From the NCBI RefSeq assembly GCF_006345805.1, contig NC_043013.1, forward strand, positions 48,918,001 to 48,982,000: a stretch of DNA of 64,000 nt. The letters run 5' to 3'. Made by a program: the position numbers and the translations under genes. Source of the stretch: Octopus sinensis. Its lineage: Eukaryota. The notes under the pieces are model-generated. The model saw only the letters and a list, made by a program, of their open reading frames with translations. It did not search any database and was not told where the DNA came from. Below, one piece after another: positions 1 through 13,316 of the stretch. How positions within the stretch are numbered: position 1 is the stretch's first letter; each line of letters begins with the position of its first letter.

Positions 1-204
1 TTCCATACCTGTATAATATGTACAGGCTGTCTATTGACTGTATTTTTCGCATGGCTACCGATCAGTTGTTTCCTGTTAGCCATGATATGTCACTAATAAA
101 TAGTTACCTCTTAGCATTTGTCAAAGATCACTTGTTACCAATGTTACGTTATGTATTAGGTTGGAAACAAAGTCCTTCTGCATTTTGGACATAATCGCTT
201 AGAG

Positions 205-449
205 CAGTGTTTCTCAACAGTTTTTTTTTTATCTGTGGATCCCTTTGAGTCCTATGTTACTAGGATGGATCCACATGTTTAAAAGATCTGATTATATTTT
301 AAGAATTAAATGTTATTTGAAGATGCATTAAAAATTGTTCAAATATTTTGTGTATTGTAGAAGAATAACCAATTATTTGCAATTGAGTTTTAACAATGAA
401 ATCTTACATGGCCCTCAAGGGCAATATGGACGTTGGTTGGGAATCTCTG
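205..449. mobile_element. hAT (Charlie-type) MITE
   Basis: Termini CAGTGTTTCTCAAC ... GTTGGGAATCTCTG; related copy at 14833-15037. Confidence 0.65.
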
Positions 450-901
450 ACTTAGGTGCTACTTTTGAAATACTTATGTTAAAATATGCATTAATTTTTA
501 CATTCTAATATTGTATTTTGTTCTTTGTAGTTTACTTTATACCATAGTGGTTAAATTCGTATTGATTTTATTAGTTTAGATCGAACTCATATGTGATACT
601 GCATGTTCTATATATTCAAAAGAGGCTCTTCAATATTTGTCTATAGGTGTGGATGTATGTGTTGTCCCATGTACATCGAGGTATGCCTATATAGGTAAAG
701 TCTTAATGGTTGTCGCTGTGTCGCCAAAGCAGTGGAAGGAATTATAAGCAATTGTTAAATGTAAATGTAGAAGAAATGAATATTTTATTATCAGGTAGCA
801 AAATCTAACCCAACAGAATAATGAGTATAAACGGGGATCTTATTTTCTCTTATTTCATGTAAAGCATTAAGTTTTCAGTTTGAGGTGAAGCAATAAAAAA
901 T

Positions 902-1117
902 ATTCTTTTCTACTCTAGGCACAAGACCAGAAATTTTGGTGGAAGGGGTCAGTCGATTAGAACGACCCCAGTACGTAACTGGTACTTAATTTATCGACCC
1001 CTAAAGGAGAAAAGGCAAAGTCGACTTCGGCGGAATTTGAACTCAGGATGTAATGACAGACGAAATACTGCTAAGCATTTCGCCTGGTGTGCTAACATTT
1101 CTGCCAGTTCGCCGCCC
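902..1117 (-). mobile_element. tRNA-derived SINE family A (Deu/Nin-like domain)
   Basis: Head GGCGGCGAACTGGCAGAA..GAGTTCAAATTCC, then a GCCTTT.TCCTTT.GGGGTCGATAAATTAAGTACCAG domain; many copies in this window. Confidence 0.85.
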
Positions 1118-2380
1118 TATGCAATAAGAAATATTGCTACATAAATAGAACGATCCATATGACGTGATGTAAATGACTTGTTAAAGTTTGTACGTCACAC
1201 AAACAAAGGGGATTGTCATCAGTTTCTCCATCAGTTTTTAACAAAGAAGTCTGTGTGTAAATTTGCAACCAACGAAGATGGACACGAAACATTTTGTGAG
1301 TATATGACCGCAAAAATGTGTGACCGTGAGTGTATGTATGACCGCGAAAAGACAAAGTTTAAAATTAAAGTTTATATACAACCAAGTTATTATCGAGATA
1401 ATAACGAACGAATAAAACAAAATGTTTACAATGTAAACAGAAATTATGTAAAAAAACTTGCTTATTTCTTTGAAAACAAACTGAATGAAACTGAAATCTG
1501 ATATCCAAATGCATGGAATGCTTGAATATATAGCTACCATTTTTGGCATGTAAGTTTGGCCAGTGGAAGGAATCAGCGTTAAAAATGCGCAAAATGTCGT
1601 GAAATCTCGGAATCTGGAAAGAAAATGCTATAACTCTACAAACAAACGATGGAATCATTTTATGAATCCGCTTCTTGTAAATCTCACGACAACCAAAATG
1701 ATTCGTTGTAGTCCAATGGACATGACGAAATGAGAAGCAATAGAAATATAAGAGAAATCAGTGCCAAAATTGTTTGAACGGTGCTGATAGAATTGCTTCC
1801 GCATTGTACAAATGCAGCGTTCACGGCAGTGCTGAACTGATCGAGAATAATGAAGTCCTATCATGCCTTGATAGATATTATTGACGGAGCAACAGAAATT
1901 ATATTCTCGCATATACTATTTACACTAAAGGTTACGTGTTAAGAAGTTCCATAATATCCTGCTTAATAATGCAGAAAATGTAGATTTTATAAAGTAAATT
2001 GCATTGTGTATATACAAGGGACAAAATTATGTTAAACGTGGAAATATTTGCTAAATGATGGAGTGAATAATGGTTAGATTTTATGTTTCTTTTCTTTTAT
2101 GACGATTCATCTCTCAAGCGTATTTCACTTATGTATTCATTACTTATTTCCGAGCATCATGACTACGTAGCAATTAAGAATGAGTTAACTTTGAATAGCG
2201 AAAGCTAGGCAAGCTCAAATGTTCGATGTAATAATAATTAGAAATCCACTTTATCAAGATGCAGTTGGCCTTTGATTTTTTAAAAGAAACAAACTGGAAG
2301 AATCGACAGAAAAATAAGACCGGAGTGTTGAAATTTTTCTGAAGCTACCAATTTAGTAAATTAATATTATCATATTAGAA

Positions 2381-2962
2381 GGCGGCGAGCTGGCAGAAAC
2401 GTTAGCACGCCGGGCGAAGTGCTTAGCGGTATTTCGTCTGCCGTTACGTTGTGAGTTCAAATTCCGCCGAGGTCAACTTTGCCTTTCATCCTTTCGGGGT
2501 CGATAAATTAAGTACCAGCTACGCACTGGGGTCGATATAATCGACTTAATACCTATGTCTATCCTTGTTTGTCCCCTCTGTGTTTAGCCCCTTGTGGGTA
2601 ATAAAGAAATAGGTATTTCGTCTGCTGTTACGTTCTGGGTTCAAATTCCGCCGTGGTCGACTTTGCCTTTCATCTTTTCGGCGTCCATAAATTAAGTACC
2701 AGTTACGCACTGGGATCGATATAATCGACTTAATCCGTTTGTCTGTCTTTGTTTGTCCCCTCTGTGTTTAGCCCCTTGTGTGTAGTAAAGAAATAGGTAT
2801 TTCGTCTGCTGCTACATTCTGAGTTCAAATTCCGCCGAGGTCAACTTTGCCTTTTATCCTTTCGGGGTCGGTAAATTAAGTACCAGTTGCGTACTGGGAT
2901 CGATCTAATCGACTGCCCCCCTCCTCAAAAATTTTGGGTTATGTGCCTAGAGCAGGAAAGAA
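2381..2962 (+). mobile_element. SINE family A array: one head plus three ~184-nt body units
   Basis: Units begin GGTATTTCGTCTG at 2428, 2612 and 2796. Confidence 0.9.
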
Positions 2963-3239
2963 TATACGTATACAAAAAATTATAGCTTTATTTATATCAG
3001 CAGTATATAGTGGTCTTTCTCTGAAACTTGATCAGAAATTTTGTGATTGCTTAGAAAACGATTTTATCTATCGTCTACTGTAACAGCCGGAAACCAACAA
3101 TGATCTCCTGGAAGATATAAACGATACTTGCACTAGATATCCTATAATTTAACATGAAATGCGAGATAGGAGTATCCAATTCATGGGTGCTAGGAATTTA
3201 TTATTTTTATTTTCATTTATTATTAGTCAATTATTTAAA

Positions 3240-4990
3240 TATGTTACTTTTGGTAGTCCCTGTTATAAGTCGGCGTTTGTTGATGACTCTTCCAGAACAT
3301 ATTGAGTGCCATTCTAAGCATCCTCGTATAACAACCGTCCAGCTACTTCTTCAGTGCTTTAGTGAGCGTCCATGTTTCAACCCCGTATAGAAGAACAGAT
3401 TCCACTGTTGCCAGAAACTACCTCACTTTCAATTTCCTTTCAATTTGAACTCCATACCTTTCTCAATATATGGCATGCGCTCCAAGCAAGAGCTTTCCTT
3501 GCTACGATGTCTTTTTCAGTACTTTGTGTCCAAGGTATTTGAAATTTTCAACTACCTTCAATGACTTACCGCCTCCCACTTTCACTGACACGAGTATTTT
3601 GTGGTTGAATACTTGCAGCTCTCTTTTCTTTGCGTTACAGTACAATCCTACCTTCCCCGATTCCTGCTCTATTCTGCTCAGCACCTCCCGTGCCTGATCT
3701 GTCCTCTCTGTTAGTAATTCCAGGTTATCAGCATAGTTACTGTTACTGCTTGATGCTGTCTACTTCTTTGCTTATGCAGTTCTTCTTTTCCCTCATACAT
3801 TCTACGCATTACGTACCCCAGAACGATGGCGAAGAGATAAGGTGCTAGCGTGTCGCCTTGTAATACTCCGGCTTTGACTTCAAAGTATTCCGTCTCTCCA
3901 GCAGGACTGATCACTTTCGCTCTTGTGTTCTCATACAGCTTACTTATTGCTCTCAGAATTCTTAGTGGAATATCATATGCTTTAAATATCTTCACTATCA
4001 TTCCTCTATGTACTGAATCAAAAGCCCTTTTAAAGTCTACATAGATAATGATAGCCTTCCTGGTATGGCTCTTAACTCCCTCTGTCAGTCTTCGAAGTGC
4101 GACAATGTGAGATGTTTTTGACCGTCCTGATCTGAATCCATTTTGATTTGGTCATAGATTGTTTGTCTATCTTAGGTTGTATTCGGTTAAGTATCATCTT
4201 GTTGACCATTTTTGCAACAATGGGTGACAGACTGATCCCTCTGTAATACCGAATATTATTTAGGTCTCCAGTTTTGGGCAGCGGCAGCAAGTCTATCACA
4301 GCTTGTTTGTTTGCAAATTCAAGGATGATGGCATCTAAATCACACCATTTTAGTACTTCTGGTGAGATTTTGTTAGGACCAGTTTATTTTCCTTCTTTCA
4401 GGTTACTTGTAGCTCTTTCTGTTTCTTGTTTTGTGAAGTCTCAATCCTCGATTGGCAAATCTCCAAGTATCTTTGCTAATTCTTCATTTTCTGTTTCACT
4501 GTCAACTTCCGGATCCTTCCTAAGTAAGTTGTAGAAATGAGTGTACCACTTCTCGATCCTCTCGTCCTTTGATTTCCCTTTGATTCTCTACTTTGCAGCT
4601 TTGCGACCAGTCATGGAGTTAATCAGCCTCTAGCTATCTCCATGTTTACTCTTTGCGTCTGCATTATCGACCTGAGAGATTTCCTCCAGTTCCTCTTCTT
4701 GAATCTCTTGGTACACCCTTTTTAGACCCTCTGCTTTTCTTTGTAAAGTTTGTTTGGTATTGTCGTTGGCAGCTTTTTGATAGTTGCTGAATGCCTCTTG
4801 CATTTCACTACGTGCTTTTTCTATCCTAGGATCATCAGCTAACTTTCTCCGTTTTATCCTCTTCTTTATCGGGATCAGTTTTGCTGCTGCTTCTTCATTT
4901 CATTGCACATCCTTGCCATATTGCTTTTATAACAGTATCCATGTTGTTGAATAATTCAGCAAATATGTTACCGTATAAAGCCGTTGAAGT
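3240..4990 (-). mobile_element. RTE-type LINE, degenerate reverse transcriptase
   Basis: LPKTGDL...YRGISL, DFKRAFDSVHR, GVLQGDTLAPYLF and VENFKYLG, broken by frameshifts. Confidence 0.85.
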
Positions 4991-5029
4991 TCTGTATTAC
5001 GCAATGTCGACTAATCGTAGCATTTTTTT

Positions 5030-5266
5030 TATTTCCCTTCGATTATTGGCTGCTTTGCAGCTTTGCGACCAGTGATGCAGTTAATCAGCCTCCGGCTTTC
5101 ACCATGTTTATTCTTTGAGTCTGCTCTGGCAACACACGGAAGGAGAGGGAGAAGGAAGACGACCTATATCAACAACTTGCTGGAGGATACTGGTATGGAA
5201 GGGGTACAGGAGCTGAGGGCCATTACGGAAGATCGGGATGAATGAGGAAAACATGTGGAAACAGTC

Positions 5267-5324
<58 letters not shown>

Positions 5325-5350
5325 TATAGATAGATAGATACATACATACA
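5030..5350 (+). mobile_element. RTE LINE 3' end with (TAGA)n tail and an inverted 5' segment
   Basis: + strand HGRRGRRKTTYINNLLEDTG..ELRAITEDRDE followed by (TAGA)n; 5030-5120 is a diverged minus-strand copy of about 4570-4660. Confidence 0.7.
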
Positions 5351-5939
5351 TAGTTAAATATTACTAAGTCACTGAGAGGGTTCCGCCGAAGGAACTTTGA
5401 CTAACAAACAACTGATTGATTGTTTAACCAGCACAAACAAACGATATTTTTTTTTCTTCAAGTACTTTTTCTCTCATAGTATTTCTCGAATTTTTATTTA
5501 GGTTTTCTTTTAAAGAAATTGTATCCATAATTTTAAAATATTCTTTAAAGAATTTTTAAAAATAACTTTTCGTGAATTTTATTTCACGATATTTTATGTT
5601 TAAAAAGCATATTCTGGATGACAGTTAAGAGCGCTATTTTACGGACTAACGCCTAAATATTCAGTAATTGTTGTCAAACTGCAACACTCATCACCAACCG
5701 AGCAACGTTGTCGAGGCTGAGGTGCATCGCTTTTACATCTGTACAACTCAAACGTCGTATCAGCCAAGAGGAAAGAAGTGAAGTGTTAGTTCTGAAAATA
5801 AAATCAACAGACTCCACTATATGCACTTAGTATACGTTTCATTTGCTTGATCAAAGAAAAGGCCACACAGACATAAACGCATGCGTATATACACGTACGT
5901 GCACACACATACACAAGCACGCACACACTCATACACATA

Positions 5940-6100
5940 TATATGTATGTATGTGTGCGCTTGTATCTATTTACCTATGCATGTATGTATGTATGTATGT
6001 ATGTATGTATGTATGTATGTATGTATGTATGTATTATGTATGTATGTATGTATGTATGTATCTATCTATCTATCTATCTATATCTATCTATCTATCTATG
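5940..6100. repeat. (TATG)n/(TATC)n compound microsatellite
   Basis: Read directly. Confidence 0.95.
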
Positions 6101-7129
6101 TATAGCACACTCATATGCACACCAATAAATACGCATTAAATGGATCCTCTGTCGGTTTTGACGAGTGTTACAATTCGACCAAATCAACTAACTTCTCATG
6201 GAATTATAATGTTAGTTGCTGAGTATTCCACAAACAAACTGTCCTTGTGTCTGTGATAGTATGGCAAGACTGGCGCATTGGATTTATAGGCCCAGTTAAT
6301 CTGATGAGCTTCCTCCCAGTTTCTGTGTGCCCAGACTTACTCATAAAACTTGGGTCGATCCGAAGGTGCGGCAAAGACGCTTGCTCAACACTCAGCGCAG
6401 TTGAAGAGAACCCAGGCTTTCGTGAATACAAAGCAAATCTCTTCAGCACTCGGCCATGCATTATGCTCACATACAAAAGAAGGAATATATAACAATATGG
6501 GAAATTTGAATTCTGAATACTAAAACGTGAGAAATAAGAATCATAAAACCAAGACTCTTCATCAGGAACTCGCTCTGAACTGATAAATGATTTAATACCA
6601 TTTCTTTTATAGACTTATAAGCTCCAATGCATGAATTGTAGAAATGTCTTGAATTGATATATTTTCATTTCGCAATGTTATATGGAACGACAGTATTTGC
6701 AAATAAGTCATGGGTTAGCTATCGGCATAGCTGTCTTCGATCGCTGACCAGCCTCTCTAATCGATTTTCTGAAAAGGAAGCTACGATACAACCATTCATA
6801 AATACGTTGGATTTGTATTCCAACGCTAGATTACTTCCAGACAAATTCAACGTGAAAATTTGCATGAACTTATTGGATAATACAATTATAATAGTTAATA
6901 TTTCGGTAAAAATACATTTATAGCATCTATATAGCAGTTATATATGCAACAGTGATATATTATTGTATATTTTGTAATAGGCGTCATTGAAGAAATGGCA
7001 AATTACTGACGATTCAAGATAAGTGTTGAGTTTTGATCTCAGCGGGACAGAACAACTCACGTTCTCAGAAAGACTTGATCGTCATGATGACCAATTTATC
7101 TATCTCAAATCTATATAAATTTAGTTAGA

Positions 7130-7850
7130 GGAAAAGAAAAGCAATAATTATAATCTATTTAGAGCAAAAATGTCTTTATAGACGTGGAAAAGGTATCAGA
7201 ATACGTGCGGCTTGGAATGTTCTGGAGGGTTTTGCAGGAATTTGAGTTTAATGGGCAACTTTTGATTGCCTTGACATTTCTAATCGAATATCTACTTGTT
7301 TGTGTTTGGGTAAAGGATGCTCTGTTGAGAAACATTTCACCGTGAATGTTGGACTTCGGTAGGGGTACATATGGCCAACTCTCCTGACATACGCGGCCGT
7401 AGTGGAAGTGGTATCACAATCAATGGGTGTATGATCGGTCAGCTTTTATTTGCAGACGACATGATGCTACCTGACTCTTGAGAAGATGATCTCCAGCATG
7501 CAATGGATAGGTTCGCTGCCGAGGGTTGAAAGGCAGAGATGTTGCAAGGCAGGGATGTTGGGTAATGCCCGAAAACGTACGATTGCAAATGCAAGCGGCT
7601 CCGAAGGGTCTCTGAAGTAACGTTATTTCTTAGGGTGCGTAGCTAGGAGACAAAATAATCTCAATAGGTCAAACCGTTACATCTTTACTCCTTCGTGTTA
7701 GGAGGCACAGCTCCGATACTACGGACATGTAATCACAATGTCACACGAAAGAATCGGAAGATGAATTCTTGGAGCCGAGGCGAGAAGCAGGAGACCGAAG
7801 GGTAGACCAAAAGCGAGATGGTTGGATAATATTCGGCTGAGCCCTCTTGA
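7130..7850 (+). mobile_element. Degenerate RTE-like LINE fragment
   Basis: LLFADDMML, YGHV..MSHERIG and RPKGRPKARWLDNI motifs. Confidence 0.7.
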
Positions 7851-7998
7851 GGAAGTACCAGAGGCCCCTGTCAAGAATAGTCGACGGAGAAGGTGGTTGG
7901 ATGGATATCTATAAAGGGATATTGTAAAAACTGTAAAGTCAGTTTCTTTGTAATATCGAACTAATGATTGTACCACCGCTTAGATGTGAAGAGGCGGT

Positions 7999-8167
7999 GG
8001 GGGACAAATCCACACACATACACACACACACGGCGCAAAGTTACAAGGCTTTGATCGGCCCAAGGCTATTGTAGAAGACAATTAACCAAGGTGTCACGCA
8101 GTGGGTCTGAACTCAGAACCATGTGGTTGGGAAGCAAGCTTCTTACCACGCAACCATGCCTGCGCTT
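7999..8167 (-). mobile_element. SINE family B, partial
   Basis: Matches the head of the full copy at 63311. Confidence 0.8.
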
Positions 8168-8975
8168 ATATTTTAGTCAAGATAATTATTTATTTACTGA
8201 AAAGGTTACATACAATATGTTGATCACAGAAGTAAGGTTGTAGCATGTTAGCGCTCTTTTACTAAAAAGAGATTGCTATCGGTTAATTTTGTATCGAAAC
8301 TAATGTAAGAAAGTAGTCATATATCAAACATTTGAATTATCACTTATTAATACGTCACATATATGTTGCGTATTAATATTTATTGCACAGAAGGTTTGAG
8401 AAGACGTTTGATTACAGAGGGAACGTACAATTTTAGCATAGAAGGTAATAGATATGTCAGTCGTATGTTAATAATTTTGAAGAAAGTATCAGGCGCACTA
8501 GTCAGTTACTATTATCAAAAACGTTTAATAATATATTACCCTAATATAGGTTTCATATTTTGTTACACAGCATACGGAATTAAATAGGTAATATGGAATG
8601 TTCTTAAATGAAAGGAAAGACAAATCTTTTACAAAACTATGTCTTTAAGTGCATATAAAATATAGAAACATATTACAAAATAATATTATTCACATATTTT
8701 AAAATAGATATAATTAACATTTATTTCAAGGTGTATATTTGAAACTAAGCTCCTTTGGTAACGAAACGAGATATAATTGTTAGGTTTCTGTATAGTGGAA
8801 TGAATATTCGCATCTTTATTTTTAACACCTCTAGGCAGGTTCAGACGCAAAATATATTATACAATATATACTAATGATCCCGTAGGTAGAGGATAAACTA
8901 CCTTTAAGTTTATTGAAAATAGACAGAGAGAGATCAAGAGTCCGATAAATAATAAAAGAAATATTTACTGAGTGA

Positions 8976-9654
8976 GGGATATTTACCTTTTGACCTACAG
9001 ATTTAAAAAATGATTTTTTGTAACTAAACACTTTCAAATTTCAGACACTGGTAGAATGTGTCATATAAAACATATGTTACTCTTATCATTTTTGAAAAAA
9101 AAAACTTATATTTACGAAGTAATTTCACCTTAAAGTTGTCGTATTTCGGTAATTTCAACCAATCAATGACGTGTATTCAGCTGAATAAAGTTACTGATGT
9201 TGTTTGTCAACAAGAACTTCCGGTGGTGTATATTTCGTTTGTCACTGTTATTCATGACAACCCTAACCCTAACACCCTAACCCTAAAACCTTAACCCTAG
9301 CCCTAACTCTAAAACCCAAACCCTAACCCTAAAACCCCAACCTAAAACCTTAAAACCAGTAGAAACGCACGAACGATGTCATAAATTACAGTGACAAACG
9401 AAATATACACTGCCGATAATTGTTGTTGACAAACAACGGCAGTAATTTTATTCAGCTAAATACACGTCATTGATTGGTTGAAATTACCGAAATACGACAA
9501 CTTTAAGGTGAAATATATTCGTAAATATAAGTTTTTCTCAAAAATTCTAAGAGTAAAAGATGTTTTATATGACACATTCTACCAGTGTCCGAAGTTTGAA
9601 AGTTTAGTTACAAAAATTATTTTGTAAGTCTGTCGGTCAAAAGGTAAAGATCCC
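8976..9654. mobile_element. Foldback MITE with ~280-bp inverted arms and a (CCCTAA)n-rich centre
   Basis: Arms at about 8976-9258 and 9378-9654; flanking direct repeat ctgagtga (8968-75 and 9654-61). Confidence 0.9.
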
Positions 9655-9951
9655 TGAGTGATTACTATTAGATAAATAAAGGATACAAAGGAAAATTTGA
9701 TGTAACAACAGAAAAAGGACACAAATTGGGAATTAAATGTGTAAACATCATATAATGGCAAGCAAAAAGCCAGCCGGGATGCGCTCTTTCGGCTATTATT
9801 CAAGAACAAACATGAATATGTGATAATTTACTATATGATATTATATGTTAAAATGGTGAATATATATATACGTAGCCTACTTACACACAAACATGCACAT
9901 GTATACTTTCACTCTGATTTAAATGACTTTTTGGTTCCTTATTTGAATACC

Positions 9952-10367
9952 TATTTCTTTATTACCCACAAGGGGCTAAACACAGAGGGGACAAACAAGG
10001 ACAGACATAGGTATTACGTGGATTACATCGACCCCAGTGTGTAACTGGTACTTAATTTATCGACCCCGAAAGGATGAAAGGCAAAGTCGACCTCGGTGGA
10101 ATTTGAACTCAGAACGTAACGCAGACGAAATACCTATTTCTTTACTACCCACAAGGGGCTAATCACAAAGAGAACAAACAAGGACAGACAAACGGATAAA
10201 GTCGATTATATCGACTCCAGTGCGTTACTGGTACTTAATTTATCGACACCAAAAGGATGAAAGGCAAAGTCAACCTCGGCGGAATTTGAACTCAGAACGT
10301 AGCGGTAGACGAAATACCGCTAAGCATTTCGCCCGGCATGCTAACGTTTCTGCCAGCTCGCCGCCTT
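9952..10367 (-). mobile_element. SINE family A, head plus two body units, 9-bp TSD TTGAATACC
   Basis: TSD at 9943-51 and 10370-78. Confidence 0.9.
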
Positions 10368-12311
10368 AATTGAATACCATTTACCGCAAATATCTAGCTG
10401 CATGTTGAATAAATAAAATTATTACTGAAATGGTTAAAGCAATTTTTGCCACTTAGATTTAAAGACTATTCTAGATACACAACGAATGCATTAAATATCA
10501 AATGTGGATTTATGTATAACGATAATTCATGTTAAATTATGTACATATTCAATGCCATCATAACACCAAGTTAAAATAGTGTGATTTCATATTGCATATC
10601 CCAACAATTATTCTTTTCTAATCAGATGTCAGGCACAACAAATCAGAAATAAAATCTGAGGGAGGGACTAGTCTGGAACTGATAAGAGCTAATTTCATTA
10701 ATTTATTTAAATTCTAAATATAAAATTCCCTACACTACAAGATCCAATTTATAAAATGCAGTTCGTCATACGAACGAAACGGTACTGGATAATTTTAAAA
10801 TTCAGAATACTGATTTTTAGAGTCATATCACTACTAACTCATCCTACACTTCAATGGTTCCAATTAAAATTGGGTTATTTTTTTCGGATTTAATTCTCTA
10901 TATTCCAGGGTAATGTCTGTAAGTAGGTGACAACTGTTCCGTCAGCTCTGTCGTATTTTTATTGCGATTCTTGTTACATCAAATGAAACATGCTTTTTAT
11001 ATTCATTTCTATAAGAATACTGACACAAAAATTCAATATTTGGGGTGATGGCCTGATGCAACACACATTTTTTTAAGTACCCCCTCCCAGTACTTGATTC
11101 GTAAGTATTTTATCGATTTGAAATTGGAATTAAACTCCCAGCATAAAGGGATGCAATTGAAAAAGTGGATCATTATGAACCGCACGCTAGTGTCCCTATT
11201 ATCTACCTTCCTATATTTTACTCCAGAATTTTGATTCTTTCTTATATCCATAGTCAACTGTGTAAGGAAGATATGTTGCCGATCATTTGGATTCCAGATG
11301 AATTTCGTATATTACTGAAATTATTCTTTAACTAAAGATGAGAAACAAAATCAGCCAAATAGGTATTGATCAGGTCTAGAGTGTTGAAAGCAAATAATGT
11401 AAAAGCGTCCCTCAGATGTTTCTGCCAACTTTGTGTCACTGTCAGTCTGAAATCTATATTAGCCTTCAAAGTATTCCACTGAATAGGGTAATTAATTTTC
11501 TTTTATATTTATATTGATTATCTTTATTTCATAAAATAACTCTACATTCATTTCTTGACGAAATTTTCCTGCGATTGACCGTTTACGAAATTAGATCGTG
11601 CATTTCAGTAACACTACCTTCGCCACCGCATTATTTCCTTTCTGTTAAGTAGCTTGGAATAAATAAGCTCTATACTATATTGTCACACTTCTGTGATAAA
11701 AATGTTGTTCAATATTTTATTCGGAATTGTTTTATTTGATTTTGAAAATTTCTTTCAAGCTTTTATGATTATCAGGGATTCAAATAAAAGCAATTCTTTC
11801 ATTGCATCGAGTACAGATTTTAGCATCTTTGAAAGTGGAAGCGGTTTTTTAATGCAAAAGCAACATCAAAGCTTTATTATGCAGTAATCAATAGATTTCT
11901 TTCACTGACATCAAATAACAGTAAAATTATTCTTTCAATTCATTCAGGAACTAAATGGGTTGTAAATGTTGTCATAATACAACGATTAGTTGAAAAATAT
12001 TGAAAGCTTTCAACAAGAATTGTAGCTTGGTTCTTAGTTATGTAACAAGCTAGTAACATACAAGTTTAAGGGTCAGTTTACATCCCTATTCCCCACTAGT
12101 TTAACTGACTGTTAGTATATCCTGCTCCACTATCCCCAAATTTACTGGTCGGTTATATGTCATCCTTCGCCGCTAGTTTAATGGACGTTAATAATCGCCT
12201 TCATTTACTTGTTCAATGCTCAGTTCAATGCTTTTCTAGTATAATCATTTAATGTCACCAGCATACACCTGCTGTTTTAATGTTTAGTTAATGTCACTAC
12301 CATCCACCTCT

Positions 12312-12787
12312 GGAATCTTTATCTTTTGACCGAAGCTATTTCACGTTAAAGTTGTCGTATTTCAGTAATTTCAACCAATCAATGACGTGTATTTAGCTGA
12401 ATAAAATTACTACTGTTGTTTGTCAACAAGAACTTCCGGTGGTGTAAATTTCGTTTGTCACTGTTATTTATGACAACCCTAACCCTAAAACCTCAAAACC
12501 AGTAGAAACGCACGAACGATGTCATAAATAACAGTGGCAAACAAAAATTCACCGCTGATAGTTGTTGTTGACAAACAACGGAAGTGATTTTACACGTCAT
12601 TGATTGGTTAAAATTACCAAAATACAAGAAACTTAACGTGAAATATATTCGTAAATATAAGTTTTTCTAAAAAATGCTAAGAGTAAAAGATGTTTTATAT
12701 GACACTTTCTACCAGTGTCCGAAGATTGAAAGTGTTTAGTTACAAAAAATTATTTTTTAAATCTGTCTGTCAAAAGGTAAAGACCCC
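12312..12787. mobile_element. Second copy of the telomeric-repeat foldback MITE (left arm internally deleted)
   Basis: Same arms and aaccctaaccctaa centre as 8976-9654. Confidence 0.88.
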
Positions 12788-12940
12788 ATTTGTGTACTAG
12801 TTAGTTTTCTTTTAGTATTCACTAAGCATATCCTTTAATACGCTTACATTTATGAAACAACATCTGTATTCTTATTCTTATTAGAATTTATTTTTCTAAG
12901 CTAATTCTGAGACGCGCTACGTTGCGTCTTTCTTTTTTTT

Positions 12941-13137
12941 ACTCTTTTACTTGTTTCAGTAATTTTGACTGTAGCCATGCTGGAGTAACGCCTTTTGTCG
13001 ATCAAATCGACCCCAGGACTTATTCTTTATAAGCTTAGTACTTATTTTATCGGTCACTTTTGTCGAACCGCTAGGTTACGGGGACGTAAACACACCAGCA
13101 TCGGTTGTCAAGCGATGTTGGGGGGGACAAACACACA

Positions 13138-13178
<41 letters not shown>

Positions 13179-13316
13179 GACGGGCTTCTTTCAGTTTCCG
13201 TCTGCCAAATCCATTCACGAGGCTATAGCAGAAGAAACTTAACCAAAGTGCCACGCAGTGGGACTGAACCCAGAACCACGTGGTTGGTAAGCAAGCTACT
13301 TACCACACAGCCACTC
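12941..13316 (-). mobile_element. SINE family B with internal (CA)n
   Basis: Matches the copies at 51821, 52499 and 63311. Confidence 0.88.

Larger units (their letters stand above)
152..1960 (+). mobile_element. Highly decayed mariner-like element, interrupted by a MITE and a SINE
   Basis: TIR-like tattaggttgg at 154; RTH..CMxYxFKRG-like start at about 580-630; faint transposase remnants at 1500-1950. Confidence 0.4.

Noticed and set aside
1178-1501. 107-aa ORF
   Set aside because: No recognisable domain or splice context; it lies in decayed transposon sequence.
2428-2962. Regular ~184-nt repeats as a CRISPR-like array
   Set aside because: Whole units repeat with no unique spacers; they are SINE bodies in eukaryotic DNA.
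5843-6139. Many ORFs rich in HT, YI, CV or MYVC repeats across the window
   Set aside because: These are translations of microsatellites.
6500-6570. Minus-strand CTGATGA followed by a hairpin
   Set aside because: No GAAA or cleavage triplet after the stem, so it is not a hammerhead.
9259-9357. CCCTAA repeats as a telomere or fusion site
   Set aside because: They are internal to a multi-copy MITE.
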